Below, piece after piece: positions 1 to 14,720 of a stretch of DNA of 64,000 nucleotides. The notes under the pieces are model-generated. The model was not told where the DNA came from, did no database searches, and worked only from the letters and a program-made list of their open reading frames with translations. Position numbers and translations under genes: made by a program. Position 1 is the stretch's first letter, and every line of letters begins with the position of its first letter. This DNA is from Octopus sinensis (taxonomy: Eukaryota): the NCBI RefSeq assembly GCF_006345805.1, contig NC_043003.1, positions 93,186,001-93,250,000 on the forward strand. The letters are read 5' to 3'.

Positions 1-911
1 GCATGCATAGCTTTATGGCAACCTCCGATACTGAATAAACGTCTTTGATCAGAGATCTGCTTGTGTAGGAATGACCAGCGACAAAGTAAACATGATCCAA
101 TCAGAGGGTAACACGTAGAATACTTCTTCTATTTTGTTCTTGTGCTGAATTATGAGTTTTATCGAAAATCCTGAAAGCAGATACCTAACACCATTAAATA
201 CGCCAATGACCTTATCTGTTGACCCAGACAAAACTTCAGCGACTTAGATTTGAATATCAAAAGATTACGTGAATATATAGATTTTATTCTCCTGTCGAGG
301 CAACCTAACACGATTGACTGGTATGGACGTTTTAGACACGATTTCTCGACAAATGCTTTCTAGTTGTTATAAGACCAAACAATTTACAACCTCGAATAGC
401 CTTTCTTCAGTTGTGTTTCGTTCCTTTCATTTGTCACTAATCTTCCTCTGTTCTCCCTCTTATATTATTCCCCTCTATCTCTTTATATATATATCTCCCT
501 CCTTTATCCTCATTCCACCCTCTCTTTGCACACACATACTTTTTCCTCCTTCTCTCTCTTTACATCACGTCACTCACTCTTACTCTCTGTTTCTTTATCT
601 AACTTTACTCTGCATAATATCCCCAACCTCTTTCTCCAGCTGTGTGTCTTTCTCTCTTTATTTCTCATTATCTCTTTATCTTGATCCATTTCTCCCTTCT
701 CCCTATCACCAACCGACCCTTTTCTCTTTGTGTTTCACTTTCTCATCTCTTTTACGGCCAATGTCGCTTAAAATATTATTTTTCTTCATCATGTGACCAT
801 TGCGATCACATAACCATATACAAGGGAGAAATGATGTCAAGAAATAATAAATATTATATATCTTCTACTTTGAATTTAGAACTTTATTTTAATTTGCATA
901 ACCAGTCATGT

Positions 912-1014
912 ACATGTATGTATGTATGTATGTATGTATGTATGTATGTATGTATGTATGTATGTTATGTATGTATGTATGTATGTATGCATGTATGTAT
1001 GCATGCATGTATGC

Positions 1015-1047
<33 letters not shown>

Positions 1048-1150
1048 TGTATGTATGTATGTATGTATGTATGTATGTATGTATGTATGTGTGTATGTAT
1101 GTGTGTATACATGTATACAGAACGGGAGATACATATACATACATACATGA
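912..1150. repeat. (ATGT)n compound microsatellite
   Basis: Long run of tatg/catg units; it explains the overlapping 'YVCM/HTYI' ORFs. Similar arrays occur at ~16850, 19350, 32340, 49510 and 58210. Confidence 0.95.
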
Positions 1151-1194
1151 TGATGATAATGGCTGTTCACTCGTGACCGAGGAAGACTATTGTT

Positions 1195-2720
1195 GAGCTT
1201 TAGGAACATTGTGCGCTCTAGGACTAACTAATATTTTGTGTTTGCGGCTCCGTTGGTGGCTAATAAGCCCTGCTCTTGACAAGTACACAAGACTGTAAAC
1301 ATTTCAAACCAAGTTTTCCCCATTCACTAGCAGTGTGCTTTCGAGCAGCATGCTTAAATTCTTCACGCAGAATATGTGCTCTTTCAGAGGTATTGTTCCC
1401 CTCCTTCACCTGCTTCCTCCATCTGTGGCGATGACAAGCATTGCCCTCCCAGTCAGTCTCCTGCATATCATAGGCCTTTAAAGAGGACTTGAGACAGACC
1501 TTAAATCGCAGCCTTGGTTTCTGCCAGGGTATCTTTCCACCACCTAGTTCCCTATATAGCATCTGTTTAGGGATCCTGCTATCCTTCATTCTAATAAGGT
1601 GTCCAGTCCAATATAACTGGTGCTTGTGCACCATTGCCTCAATACTCAAGATATCAGCTTTCCTCAGGACCTGTGTGTCTGGAGTTTTAAAGGCCCAGCC
1701 AACATTCAAAATGTGTCTCAGACATCTTCCTGAGAGATCGCTGCAATAGTGATTCTACTCTGTAATAGTAGGCAAGTGATAGATTTCTCTGTGCAGCTGA
1801 AAGTCTTCTGTGCAGTAATACATTGTAGGCATGACGCTATACCACCAATAGTTACTGAAGGTCAGCATAATTTTCATCAAACCATTCTCTGTGTCTGGCC
1901 TGTAGCATATCCCAGTGTTTCAGCAGCACATTGAAGAACCTGGTCTCGAAAATCTTCCCGTACTGTAGTATTTTCAATGCTGAACAAGCGAGTCTGAAGT
2001 TCTTTCCTCAACACAGCATCATATATCTTATGGACATTCAGACGCCGAGGAATGCCAACTGACCCTCTTCTTTCTTTCACTCTAATCATCATCCAGAACT
2101 TTGCTCGCAACATACTGTGGTCTGTCCAGCATTCCGATCCATGAAAGGACTTGATATTACAAATGTCATAGATGTCAAGCTTGCAGATGATGACATAATC
2201 TAGTAAGTGCTAAACTTTAGACCTTGGATGCATCCACATTGTTGTGTGATCACCTTTGTGCATAAAATGAGTGCTTGTGATGTAAAGTCCATGTTCATCG
2301 CAAAGCTCCAGCAACATGAGGCCATTGCTGTTCAATTTCCCTACACCAAACCGTCCTAGAGAGTTCCATGTTTTCCAACCTCTTCCACCCCTGGCATTGT
2401 AATCCCCCAGAAGAATGAATTTATCAAAATTGGGGATTTTCCTAAGTATGGCTCTCAGCTGGACATAAAAATTAGCCTTATCTTTATTACAACTGGTCAG
2501 AGTAGGTGCATAAGCACTTAGAGTAACAACCCACCCACCTTTCAGGTGAAATCGTAGAATCATTAGACGTTCATTTATAGGAACAGGAAGCTCCTCCAAC
2601 TTCTTAAGGATATCAGTCAAGCTGCAAAACCAACAACCAACCTCTCTACGTCCCCCTCTTCAGTCTCCCCTTCCCCAAAAAACGTGTATCCACCTCCTAC
2701 TTCCTCAAGCTGGTCATCAC
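1195..2720 (-). mobile_element. RTE-clade LINE remnant (APE endonuclease plus C-terminal region; internally deleted and degenerate)
   Basis: ORF 2210-2620: ERLMILRFHLKGGWVVTLSAYAPT...FILLGDYNARGG (APE endonuclease). ORF 1260-1709: HQLYWTGHLIRMKDSRIPKQMLYREL...KPRLRFKVCLKSSLK (RTE C-terminus). Confidence 0.85.
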
Positions 2721-2784
2721 CTTCTATAGCATGACCACAGCATTAGGGCTGAAAAATATAAAAGAATAAAAGAATATTATATAT

Positions 2785-2817
<33 letters not shown>

Positions 2818-2847
2818 CATACACACATATATATATATATTATATAT

Positions 2848-2885
<38 letters not shown>

Positions 2886-2908
2886 ATATATTATATATAT
2901 ATATATAT

Positions 2909-3015
<107 letters not shown>

Positions 3016-3399
3016 ATTATATATACATACACACACGCACACACACAAACATATATATATATACGAAATATACACATATTCGTTGACTTATATGGGAGTC
3101 GAATTAAAGAGAACTGCGCAATACATGTTGTAGAGGATACAGTGGTTTTATTGAAACAGAAACTGAGAGTTTGTTTCACGATTCGGGTTTCACGCCACAG
3201 CAATCTTCAGACGAGAACTCTTACACCTCGGTATTGGTGGTGTATTTGTGTCCTTGTGTGTGTGTGCATGTGTGTGTGTGCGCACGCGTGTGTGTATGTG
3301 TGTGTGCGTATTTATGCTTGTGTTGTTCATTTGTTAGTTTTTCGGGTGTATTGACCTGGTCGTGTTCGTATTTCTTGCGATTGTATGCGGAGGTGTCTG

Positions 3400-3768
3400 T
3401 AAGATCAAGAAGTTTGCTTCGCAGCACGTGGTTTCAGGTTCACTCATACCACATGACTCGTTGGACAAGTGTCTTCTACTTCAGCCCCAGGCCGACCAAT
3501 ATCTTGTGAATGAATTAGCTGGCTAGAAACTGTTTGGAAGTCGTCGTAAATATACCTGTATGTCCGTGTCTTTGTGGTTGTTTCATACCTTTAACGACCT
3601 GTGGTCATTTGCTTACGTCTCAGTGACTTTGCGGTTCGGAAAAAGAGTCGATAGAATAAGTGCCAGACTTGTAAAGAATAATTACTAGAGTCGATTTTCC
3701 CGATTAAACTCTCTAGGGTGGAGACCCCAAAACGGCGCGATCCAACAACTGAAACATCTAAAAGAATA
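3400..3768 (+). mobile_element. Degenerate tRNA-derived SINE, family A
   Basis: Diverged match to the copy at 37761-38211 (gtgtcttctact...gccgacca...gatagaataag...ctgaaacatctaaaagaata). Confidence 0.6.
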
Positions 3769-3769
3769 A

Positions 3770-4120
<351 letters not shown>

Positions 4121-4956
4121 ATATATATATATATATACACTCATACGTACATTCGTACATATATACATACATATATATATACATACATATATACATGCAT
4201 ACATATATGTCTGCCTCGGTGTGCTAGTGCCTTTGCGTATGTGTGTGTGTGTGTGTGTGTGTGAGTGTGCGTGAGTGTGTGTGTGTATGTGTGTGTGTGT
4301 GTGTGTGTGTGTACGCACGCACACTCGTATACATAGTAGAATTATTGGCGTTTTGATTATAAACGCTCCAGAATCTTTCTTGATGAAAGCATATTCATTT
4401 AAAAATAACAGTACTGGATTTCAGTTGGAAACTTATCTTTTGTGTACGAAATTAAATCATTTCCCAGTAAAGTTATTTATTGCAAAACAATTTCAAAACA
4501 GTTCTGTGCCTAAAACACTATATATAAATATTGATATTATATTTTGTAATTTAAGTGCATGAATGAAATTCAAGTATATTGAAAAAGAACACATAATCAA
4601 GTAGATAGAATTTTATTTCACTTGATACAATTATTGAACATAGTATATCTGTTAGTCATGAAATTCATTAAGTTCTAAGATAATTTTTTAAAATGTGTTG
4701 AAACTTCAGTGTTGGGAGGCAAACAAGCCATGGGAATTAAATAATTCTTAAAATGTTAAGAATTTAAAGTGAAATATATATCCAGATATTAGAACTGTAT
4801 TACATGCAGAAATAAAGAAATGTATTAAGAGTTTCAATGAATTCTAGTTTATATCATTATAGACATGTACTGATCACAACCTTGGGAGTGCTACACATTT
4901 TTATATCACCACTTTAGGACATACAGAGTCTTAGTCTTACCAACAAGGGTATAAAT

Positions 4957-5208
4957 CAGTGGTTCTTAACCGGGCTCCATAAGGTTCTTAGGAGTCCATA
5001 TAAGAATTTGTTGATAAAACTTATCAGCAATAAATTGGTTATAGTTCCACAATGCATAAAATATATTAACACATTTTTTATACAACGCCTAATAATATTT
5101 GATTATATAAAATATAATTTTTTAAACATCCAATGGCTAGGTGGGTACACCTGAGTAAAATAGTGATTAAAGGAGTCCAAAGATAAAAAAAATGGTCAGG
5201 AAACACTG
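4957..5208. mobile_element. hAT (Charlie-like) MITE
   Basis: TIRs cagtggttcttaacc / ggtcaggaaacactg (imperfect). 8-bp TSD gtataaat (4949-4956) / gtgtaaat (5209-5216). Confidence 0.75.
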
Positions 5209-5540
5209 GTGTAAATAGATTCCTGATACCTACAACTCTTAAGCAGCCTACATTAAATTTGACAATTAACAACGAAGTAATTTGTAAAGAAACAGTTCAG
5301 TTACTACCAATCTCCCCCTCTTGGATTTATTGATTGACCTAATTAGGCTAAATTGAGTGCATCTGTTGGAATGAATGGAATTCTGGCTATAATTGCTCCC
5401 TCTTCTTTGGCACACCCAATGAGATATAGTATACTCAATGACATGTGACATGTAGTATGCTCAATGACATGTAGTACAAACTTCTTATCCTTATCCATTA
5501 GACATTGCATAACTACGACTGATCTAATTTACGTAATGAT

Positions 5541-5926
5541 ATTATTGGCAAAATGCTTAGCGGCGTTTCGTCCGTCTTTATGTTCTGAGTTCAAATTCCA
5601 CCTAAGTCGACCTTGCCTTTCATCTTTCTAGGGTTGATGAAATAAGTACCAATTGTGTACTGGGGTCGATATAGTCGACTTAGATCCTCCCTCGAAATTG
5701 CTGGCCTTGTACCAAAATTTGAAACCAATATTATTGGCCAAATGCTTTGCGGCGTTTCGTCTGTCTTTATGTTTTGAGTTCAAATTCCACCTTAGTCGAC
5801 CTTGCCTTTCCTACTTTTGGTGTCAATTGAATTAGTACCAGTTGAGTACTGGAGTCGATATAATCGACTTACCCCTCTCTTGAAGTTGCTGGCCTTGTGC
5901 CGAAATTTGAAACCAATATTATTGGC
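5541..5926 (+). repeat. Tandem dimer of head-truncated SINE B (period ~189 bp)
   Basis: attattggc recurs at 5541, 5730 and 5918. Both units contain gagttcaaattccacct..gtcgaccttgcctttc and gaaaccaatattattggc. Confidence 0.75.
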
Positions 5927-7924
5927 TGCCTTTCTTTTTCAGTGGACGTCTGTTTAGTGACGTATATGGCTGCTGTATCTGAACCTGGTTTTAAATGTCT
6001 TAATCAAAATATAGCGATAGAAGTTTAGATTATTTGCCAACTGCTGCTCTTAAGCAGGCCAATAGAAAAATTTTGCCATTAACAATAAATAGATTCAACA
6101 ATCATAACAGATATTCTTAGATTGCTTGGAAATTATATTTTTTATCATTATTTTTCTTATTTAGTTTCCTTTGTAGTTTGTAATATCTGTATATTACGAG
6201 AGTGTATAATCTCCTAAGTTTCTCTCTTGCAGTTTAATACCACAAAACACATCTATGTACTGCCTACCTTTAAGCTCTCTTAAAAACTATCCCTGTTTTT
6301 GCTTCGTCATTTTTCAGTGACATATACACTGCATTTTCGATTACTTCTTGATTAGCTGTCTTTTTTTTATTTCTATGAAGTACTTCACTGCTTTTATGCT
6401 TTAAAATGTCTGTTACTAGAGTTGGTAACTGTTTTGTTTAATCGTCACTCATTCCTACATTTACTACATAGAGTATCATTCACGAGACAAATGAACTTGT
6501 GTGAGTTCAAGTCCAAGGTGACTACACTTGCTGCATACATGGATATGCTTTGTGATATTGAACTACAACCGAAGTTCCTTTTTTTATTAATTAACCAGCG
6601 ATATTCTTACATTTTAAGAATATTTCTTGTGTCTTAGTCCAGAAGATCACATTTTCAGTATGTTTTGAAATTTCATCATTTGCACATGCAACATCAGATG
6701 ATTATAAAGTAAAGTATGTGTAGATCATTATTTTAAAGTAATTTTATTTTATTTACCAGCCGAATACTTTTACTGTTGTTTAATTCTCCTTCGAACTGTT
6801 TTTGTAAGAAATAACTTACGTTCATTTTCAGAACGGTGTACCAATATGAAATGAATAAAGGGTAGTACTTATGATTTATGCAAAATAAAAGTTATTGATA
6901 TTAACTATTTCATGTTCCTTTTGTCCCCTGTAATCTAACCTTGTTCCCCGATTAAAGAATTTCATTTCTTAGTGACATAAAGCTCTGAATTTTAAACTGC
7001 TCAATCTAGCCTAATTCTGGTTTGTCATAGCAATTTCCTGTCACAAAAGATATAATTTAAAACCCAGTATAAGTGCAGCAGCTGCGCTATGCTAAATTTC
7101 CAGTGGATAAACGCTGTCTTACATCATGAAGACACATAGCTCTAATGGGCTAAAATATTGTTTGTGTGAATTTATGTTAAGCATGTATAACCAAGGCTAT
7201 GATGAGGCAAGTAGTTAACCAGGCAATCTGAAGCTTACCACATACGTAATACAGCTACCTGTGTGAATTTAACTTATTTTAAGTCGGCGTACATGTGAGG
7301 CGAATTAAACGATTTTATTGATCTCTTTAGTGAGTGTTAAATATCCGAAATCATCCCTAAGACTACTGTACAACAAGTTCAATGCTTTGCGGCATTTGTT
7401 TCCTTTCTTTACATTCCGTGTTCAAATCCTACAAAGGTCAACTTTACCTTTCATCCCTCTGGAGTCAATAAAATAAATTACTAGTCAAAAACTGGGGTAC
7501 TGTGATATCAACTAACAGCTCCTTTCCTTCCAAAATTTCAGGTCTTGTATCTATGCTAGAAACAATTGTTTTAGGGCGAACAATGATGAATTGAAATTCA
7601 TTGTTTACAGAAAAATATATTATTTTTATAGATATGCATAAAATATGAAATAATGTATATTAATAACGCAAACTGAATATATCTTCTAATGAAAGAACAA
7701 ATATTTATCCCACACTTTTATGAGATAGAGGCAATTATTTTCGTTATCAAAGGCAATGAGAACTGAATAGTTTTCTCAGAGTAAAGAATGTAAAATAAAT
7801 GTGTCACTCAACTTTCTTAAAAATGTTTATTATATTTATATCAATATTTCATTGACTTCGTTATAAAAAGTAGGTTTTAATTTCCACAATCCCTCCAAGC
7901 TACATTAACGCAGCAGTGAAGGAG

Positions 7925-8110
7925 TTTCTCGACCTGATAATAAATAGCAGCCTGCTTCAAATCATAGCCAACTGCCTTTAAAAAAAGCATATTAGACTAT
8001 GTAGTTCATTGTTCAATAGATCTAAAATGAAAACAGGATGGTCATTGCTGGAATTCCTTTGATCAAATATATGCTCTATAAAGGACAACTGAGAGCTAAA
8101 CTACAATAAT
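7925..8110 (+). mobile_element. Old dispersed repeat, SINE/LINE-tail-like family
   Basis: gacctg...aaatagc...ttcaaatcata...ggatggtca..gctggaat.cctttgatca...gctaaac. Related diverged copies at ~31360-31560, 31660-31850 and 39740-39830 (minus). Confidence 0.45.
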
Positions 8111-9249
8111 TAGGTGACTGATAAACTGCTTTTTTAATACGAAGCATGACACGTACAAGGAAATCTGTTTTCTGTTGTAACGAAAGAACGAACATACTGC
8201 TAACCCCATCTTGAATAATTTAAATGGTTACAAGAGTATGAATCATGCACCATAAATTTATTTGAATACTGGGCTTGGATTTTCATATTTCATATTAACA
8301 GTGACGGCTAAATTGTTGAAATTGAGCAACTAGTTCTAAAATTTACAAGTCCTCAGCTCAACAATCTAAAATTATCCTCTGTTATTATATCTCTACTCAT
8401 AACCGATATTGTATTGCTATTCTAGTTATTAATTCTAGCCGTCAATCTTCTACCATTGTGCAAATTTCATTTACACTCGTTAGTTTTTTATTCACATTTC
8501 TGCAAGGAACGCTTTGCTTCTTAACTTCAGCAGGTTATTGACAAATGAAACCAGTCGGTAATAGCGTCATTCGAAGCTGACGAAAGTCCTGTTGCTTAGT
8601 TAAGGGACTAATGTTCAACGTAAATTAAGTACGTGCTTATTAAACATAGATTTCACACAGTATTAGTATTTATTTAAAATCCACGTTATACTGTTTTGTA
8701 GTGTTTATAAATATACGTGTGTCTATTAGTTTGAATGAAGCATTAAATTAACAGATATACTATTTGGCCAAGCAGATAACGTGGTAAAAGTCTCCCCATA
8801 GGGTACGAGTTCAAAGCGACTGCGACTGTCTCGTTCTGTTTTGAGACATGATACTTAATGCCCACAACCCAAAGCTGGGTGGCATTCACTCAGTAGGTGT
8901 AAGACAGCTATCTAGGGTGCAAAGAATGCCTTCACACGGCACTCAAAATTTCTCGTTTCCTAAACAGCAGCTGATCTTTCTGTTTCCTTTCAAAAAGACC
9001 TCCACCAACTTTGCAGAGATCACTTTTACTTTTCCGAACAAAGATAACTGTAAGAATGTAGAAAAGGGTTTGCATGTGCCTCTAGTGCTTAGAGGTGGCG
9101 AGATGGGTAGGTCGGAGGTGATTCATGTATAAGCGTCCACCCTTGCTGCGTACAATTCCACACAACACATTCTTGGAACAAACCCCTCCAAATCTATTCC
9201 CTTCCACTCCAATAGGTTCCCACTCCTACTTACAAACACGCCAAGTGCG

Positions 9250-10700
9250 AAAATATCTTCAGCTGCTTTTAACAAATAAGCATCTCTTTCATTACACTTA
9301 AGTAATGTGTCCCAGAACTAGCTTCTATACTGACCAAACTCTAATCTCCCACTTTCTAGGGGGATATTCCCTGACATTTGGAAGCACGCTTCAGTATGTT
9401 CAATTCCAAAGAAAGGCAACTCCCTCCAACTCTGCTAACTATCGCGCCATTGTTCTCCCCTCTAGTATGTCAAAGGTAATGGACACAATTATTAACCATG
9501 ACGTTCACCATCATCTTGAATATTTTTCTCTCCAATGATTGCTAATAAGGCTTCTTCAAAGCCTAGTCTACTGGAGACCTATTCTCTTATGTCTTCCACC
9601 AGTAAGTTGTCTCTCGCAGAAGTTCGGCGAAAGCAATGCTGTTGTTCACAACATTAGAATAAGCTTCGACTGTGTCTGAGATGTAAATCTCCTATTAAAA
9701 ATTTCCTCTTAAGGCCTCCAATCATCTCTTATATCTCAGGTCGCTTCTTATCAGATCACACCACTGCAGGATGTATTGACGGAGCTCTTTCTGTCCAGTT
9801 ATCAATCAACTCTTGTATTACTTTGGTTCTGTACTCGACTCTCTTTCGTACTTCCATGACCTACTTGTCACCACATTGAACGACGCCCCCTCTTATGCAG
9901 ATGACATAACCCTTCTTTTCTCTTCAATCTTCCCGAAGTGTCCATCATCCATACATAAACTAGACACTATACAGCAAATATGCTTCGACTCCATAAACGG
10001 AAATCTTGAGTGTATCTCCCACTGGGGCCATGACAAACTTACCTCTTTTAATAGCTAAAGAAAAACTTAAGCATTAGTTATATCAAGAAAACACAATCGT
10101 ACGATACTCTTTCTAATCATGAGCAGCACTCAGCTCGAGACCTCGAAATTACTCCAAATACTGGGCCTCAGTGTCACCAATATTCTTTCCTGGTGAAAGC
10201 ACATCCTTAGCATAGTTTAATTGCACCTCAAGAAAGATTCTTCTTTTCAGGGTCAGAAAGCGTTCTGTCTCCAACAGCTGATGACGCTCTACTATGCTTA
10301 ACTGAGGACAGCAACAGAATACAGCGAACGCATCTAAGAGAGGGATGCTGCTACGCCTGATATCCTGGACTCCAACCATCACTAATAGACACATTATGAC
10401 CTCTAGCCTGTCTCCTCTCTCTGTCTTAAATATCTCTGTTCCTCAGAGTTGGCTGGTCCTTTACTACCACCCCGAAGGAACTTCGTACCCATTCATCTCT
10501 CGATTTCTTTGCATTCGTGGCGAGTCTAAACCTCTTTTCCCGCTATAACGACTATGCTCAGTTCTTTATTCCCAGAACATCGATTGTCTGGAATCTCCTC
10601 CTTACCCCCTTACTTCCTGAAGGTGTTGACTTACAACAATTTAAACGGAGCACCATTAGCACCAATCTCAATATTGGCGGGCCTGTAAGGGCCATGGGAT
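9250..10700 (+). mobile_element. CR1/Jockey-group LINE reverse transcriptase remnant
   Basis: ORF 9305-9538 NYRAIVLPSSMSKVMDTIIN (NYRPISL motif). ORF 9813-10058 SYADDITL. Many stops and frameshifts. Confidence 0.75.
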
Positions 10701-11869
10701 CTCCCCCTTCTTTCAGTCAGCAAGTTTTAAAAAAAGGAAATAGAGCTTAGTGACGATTGAGCATTCAGTGTTCAGTTATTAGCTAATTAGAAATGTAGGT
10801 GGGGGTGTTATATTTTGTGCGATAATAAGTTACCATTACTTTTTTCTTTCAGTGCCCTAAGTGATTTAATTTTCGCATTTGTCCCTTTTCCAAGTATGGA
10901 GAGAATGACTTCATTATTATTCTTCTAATCCCTCAATTTAATCACTCAACTTATGCTCGCACTTCTTGTTTGCATAGTTATATGATAAAAATTCATAAAT
11001 GAGGATTGCTAACCGAGGTTTTAATGTATTATTTGGAAAACGTTACAATGCTTAGAGAGGAGAATGTCAGACTAACCTACTTAACGTTAATGAGGCTGTT
11101 TTAATTTAAAAAATTAGGCTGTTCCAATAAAATAACGTAGTTATTTTTGGTTTGTTTTTTGTGTTTTTAATTACCAAAGTGGTGTCTAATGATTCACGCG
11201 ATTGGGATGAAATGGCATCGTAACGTATTTGAAAGTATACTTATATCTAAAACACTTTGCACATCTGTTTTACTTGGTGCTAATCTTTCATCTCTCTAAT
11301 CACCAGGATTTTGCTTTTTTGAAAATCTCTATTCTATATATAATCTCATAGTCGTTGCACTCCCGAACTTTCTTGTGCATCCTCTTAAGGTTAGTAATCA
11401 TCGTCTCTTCTTTCAACTAATTGTCATCTTTTCACTGTTATTGTTCCCCACTTCAAGAAGGGCTACTACATTTGTAGCTTCTTTTTTCAAATGTCTATAT
11501 TGTGGAGCTCCCTTCCTTACCAGATAAATATGATCTTAATTCTTTTAAATTTTGCACTGATTATTTTAAGATCCTTAAGACATTTTTCTTTATTCTTTTT
11601 TCTATTTACTTTTTTGACTTCCAGTTCACTAAGTGGTTTGCCTGAGAGCTTTTTTTCTGTTGAGTGTAGCTGCTTTATTGGGAGTGAATTCCAATAAATA
11701 AAGTCAGAGAGACAAAAAATTTGTATTTGAGGAGTAGAGCTTTTGTATATGAATTCCATAGTTTTTTTAAATGACTCAACTAATCTTATTCCCAAATTTC
11801 AGATATTTTAAAGTACTTTATCATGGACAATTTTTAATTTCAATTACGCAGTGCACAAGATTCCTTAGC

Positions 11870-13260
11870 AATGTCAACTGGAACAAATGAAAAGTGTTAC
11901 CAAAACGAATCTTATGGGTTTATTGAATATCATCTCTGTTGAGAAACCCTATTTATGTAATACTACACATTTGAATGAAGCTTTATGGACAACAAGACCT
12001 CATTAAAAAGGAAGCATACAAATAAAGCTAATAAAATTGTTTTCTATGTTAAAATGGAAGCTAGATTTGAGCAGCCATGAAAATTATTCATACGTTTTAT
12101 AAAGAAAAAGTAAAAGATAGTAAATTAGATGAATATACTGGATCAATTGCAATTTCAAAAATTGTTGTAAAATATGACTGCTGTTAAACAAATACTTAGG
12201 TCATGAAGCCCATGTCATATTACTTTTGATGTAATACCTGATCATCTTTCAGGTACCTTAAAAGTTTTACTAGTATTCATTTCGAAGCAAATTCATGGTA
12301 TATCTATGAATATCTAACAATATGTAGTTAAAAGATTCAAAATAAAGATTAATTTCTCAATTTAGGGTGATGATTCTACAGTTGTCAATAACAAGGCACA
12401 TCTTATGGCATATGTACATATTTTAACGTTGACAGTAAACCGTACGATGATATATCATTTGTAAAATAACTAGAAACTGTTTATTACTAAGGAATATATT
12501 TTTATTACTTCAAGATTCTAGGCTGATGAAAGTTTAGTTCCGTCAGAAAAGTTGATATCAGTTGCAGCTGATGACACTATCTCAATAGTCAGTGGACAGA
12601 AAGGCCTTGTAGCGCATTTAAAAAATCCTGGAATCCTTGTAATAGATGGTGTTGTTCATACGGGCAATTTTGCAAGAAAAAAACAATGAGTTCAGTTTAC
12701 ATTATTTACTTAGTATTGTTTTCAAACTTACCAATGAAATAAACTCACATAGCAAATATCATCGCTAATTCAGGAAATTTTGTTCTGATGATAATGAATA
12801 GTATGCCTTTACATACGGAAGTCAGATGAGTTCCCAAAGGAAATTGTTTTGCAAGATTTATAAGCCTTTTTGATGCCGTAGTTAACGTTCTCGACAGGAA
12901 ATAGGAAATCATAACAATAATATATATTGTGTCTAGCCTGGATATTTGGAAAACTTTATGAGATATTTCAACTTCATTACAGTGTCAGATCGTAAAGCAT
13001 CATTGAAAGTATTCAATGATAAATTAGAAATTTCTTGCCAATTTACTTTGAAACTATTTTATAGCATACTTGAGCTAGTAAAAATGTGTTTTGCCTTTAA
13101 CTAAATGGATCTTGAAGCGTGTTCTGGACACATATTATCGTTAAATTCTAGCATTAATAAGAGATTCTCTTGTATATTCCTTTTGTAGTAAAAGTACGGA
13201 GGATAGATCTATTTAATTGTGATGTTGAAGGAGAAATTCAGGAAGAATGAATTGAATTAT
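11870..13260 (+). mobile_element. hAT (Buster/Charlie-type) transposase relic
   Basis: Fragmentary translations: DDSTVVNNKAHLMAYV (DESTD-like, ~12365), GQKGLVAHLK (~12595), HTEVR*VPKGNCFARF (~12812; HTEVRWLS motif). BED-finger-like start near 11900. Confidence 0.6.
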
Positions 13261-13574
13261 GTTGCAGTAAAACCAGGTGTTACTCACTGGTGAGTATCAC
13301 TTATTAATGTGTATTGTGTTTTATTTTATGCAATGTATAAAGTAAATTTACATTTGTGTTTATTAATTTTTTTCGCATTTCACTGTTAAAAGCCTACACA
13401 TTCGGTTTTTAGATTAAATTTATTGAAAAAGTAACTGTAAAAAGTATTTTATTAAAAAAGTAACTGTTTCATAGAAGATTTACTTCTCAAGGGAGAGCAT
13501 CTCCTCTTCGTGGTGGTTGTAATCGTCCACGCGCTTCTTTTGTTTCCTTTTTTCCCTTGCTATCTTTTCTTTTT

Positions 13575-13732
13575 TGGCGTGACAGTGTGGTAAGAAGCTT
13601 GTTTTCCAACTACATGGTTCCGGGTTAGATCTCATTACGTAGCACCTTGGGTAAATGTTTTCTACTATAGCCTCGGACCGACTAAGGCCGTGCGAGTGGA
13701 TTTGGTGGAAGGAAACTGAAAAAAACCCATAG

Positions 13733-13781
<49 letters not shown>

Positions 13782-13990
13782 CTTTGAGTCTCTGTTTGTT
13801 CCCCACCACTGCTTGGTGTTGGTGTGTTTACGTCTCCGTAACTTAGCTGCTCTGCAAAAAGGATTGATAGAATAAGTATCAGATTTTTAAAATAATTACT
13901 GGGATCGATTTATTCAATTAAAAAATTCTTTAAGGCGTTGCCCCAGCATGGCCGCCGTCTGATGACTGAAACAAGTAAAAGATCAAAGAT
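13575..13990 (+). mobile_element. SINE family A with internal microsatellite
   Basis: tRNA-like head (gtgtggtaagaagc...ggttccggg), internal (TA)n(TG)n, and tail ccagcatggccgc..tgactgaaacaagtaaaaga. Confidence 0.8.
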
Positions 13991-14199
13991 AAATCTATCA
14001 GTTTGTTCCACATTATTATTAGCGAATGGGGCAGAACTGCTGTGTGGGAAGGTTTCTTAGTCATTTACTTTTTGCTTTCGTTGTTGCTGTGGATAATTCT
14101 CCCTGTCTCTGCTGGTTGAGGCTGAGAGGTGAAGCTCTTGGATTTGGTGATGAGCATAGGATGATGTTTTGGACGACTCTAGTATTGTAACGGCGTCAC

Positions 14200-14720
14200 T
14201 TTATGCAGAAATCTCTTCGGTTTGTTGCATTGTGGGTATCTTTTATTTGTTTTATGCTTGCTGGCCAGAAAGCCCTAAAATAGGTTTTACTGCCACATAT
14301 ACTGCAGATGGACTTTCTGCCTTCGATGCTGAGTTTTAAAGTCCTCCCCTTTGAACCATTTCTACAAGACAAAATTCTAGTACCGTTTAATCGTCTTGCT
14401 GGATCATTAGGACTTGTATGTCCATGGTGAATTCATCCAGCAATATATCGTCGAAAAATATGTCGGCACAATATAGGTAGGTATCACCTACCTGTAATGG
14501 GAAGTTCGATTGCAGAGTTCGATATTGTCAGTGATGTCTCTGACAGTCACCCTTTGTGTCCGTCCTTCTCATGATTTAGCTCTTGGCTTTAGCAAAAAAT
14601 ACGGACATTACCATTCTCCTCTCGTATACTTTTGCAATATATTATGGAAGGCTGGTGTCCTTCATGTGAACAAAATGCTCCTAGTTTTAATCTTTCATTA
14701 TCTAATTTCTTCCTGTTTCG
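14200..14720 (-). mobile_element. Possible LTR-retrotransposon gag (zinc-knuckle) relic
   Basis: Minus-strand translation CSICGSKTYFRAFWPASIKQIKDTHNATNRRDFC resembles a degenerate double CCHC knuckle. No pol or LTR seen. Confidence 0.3.
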
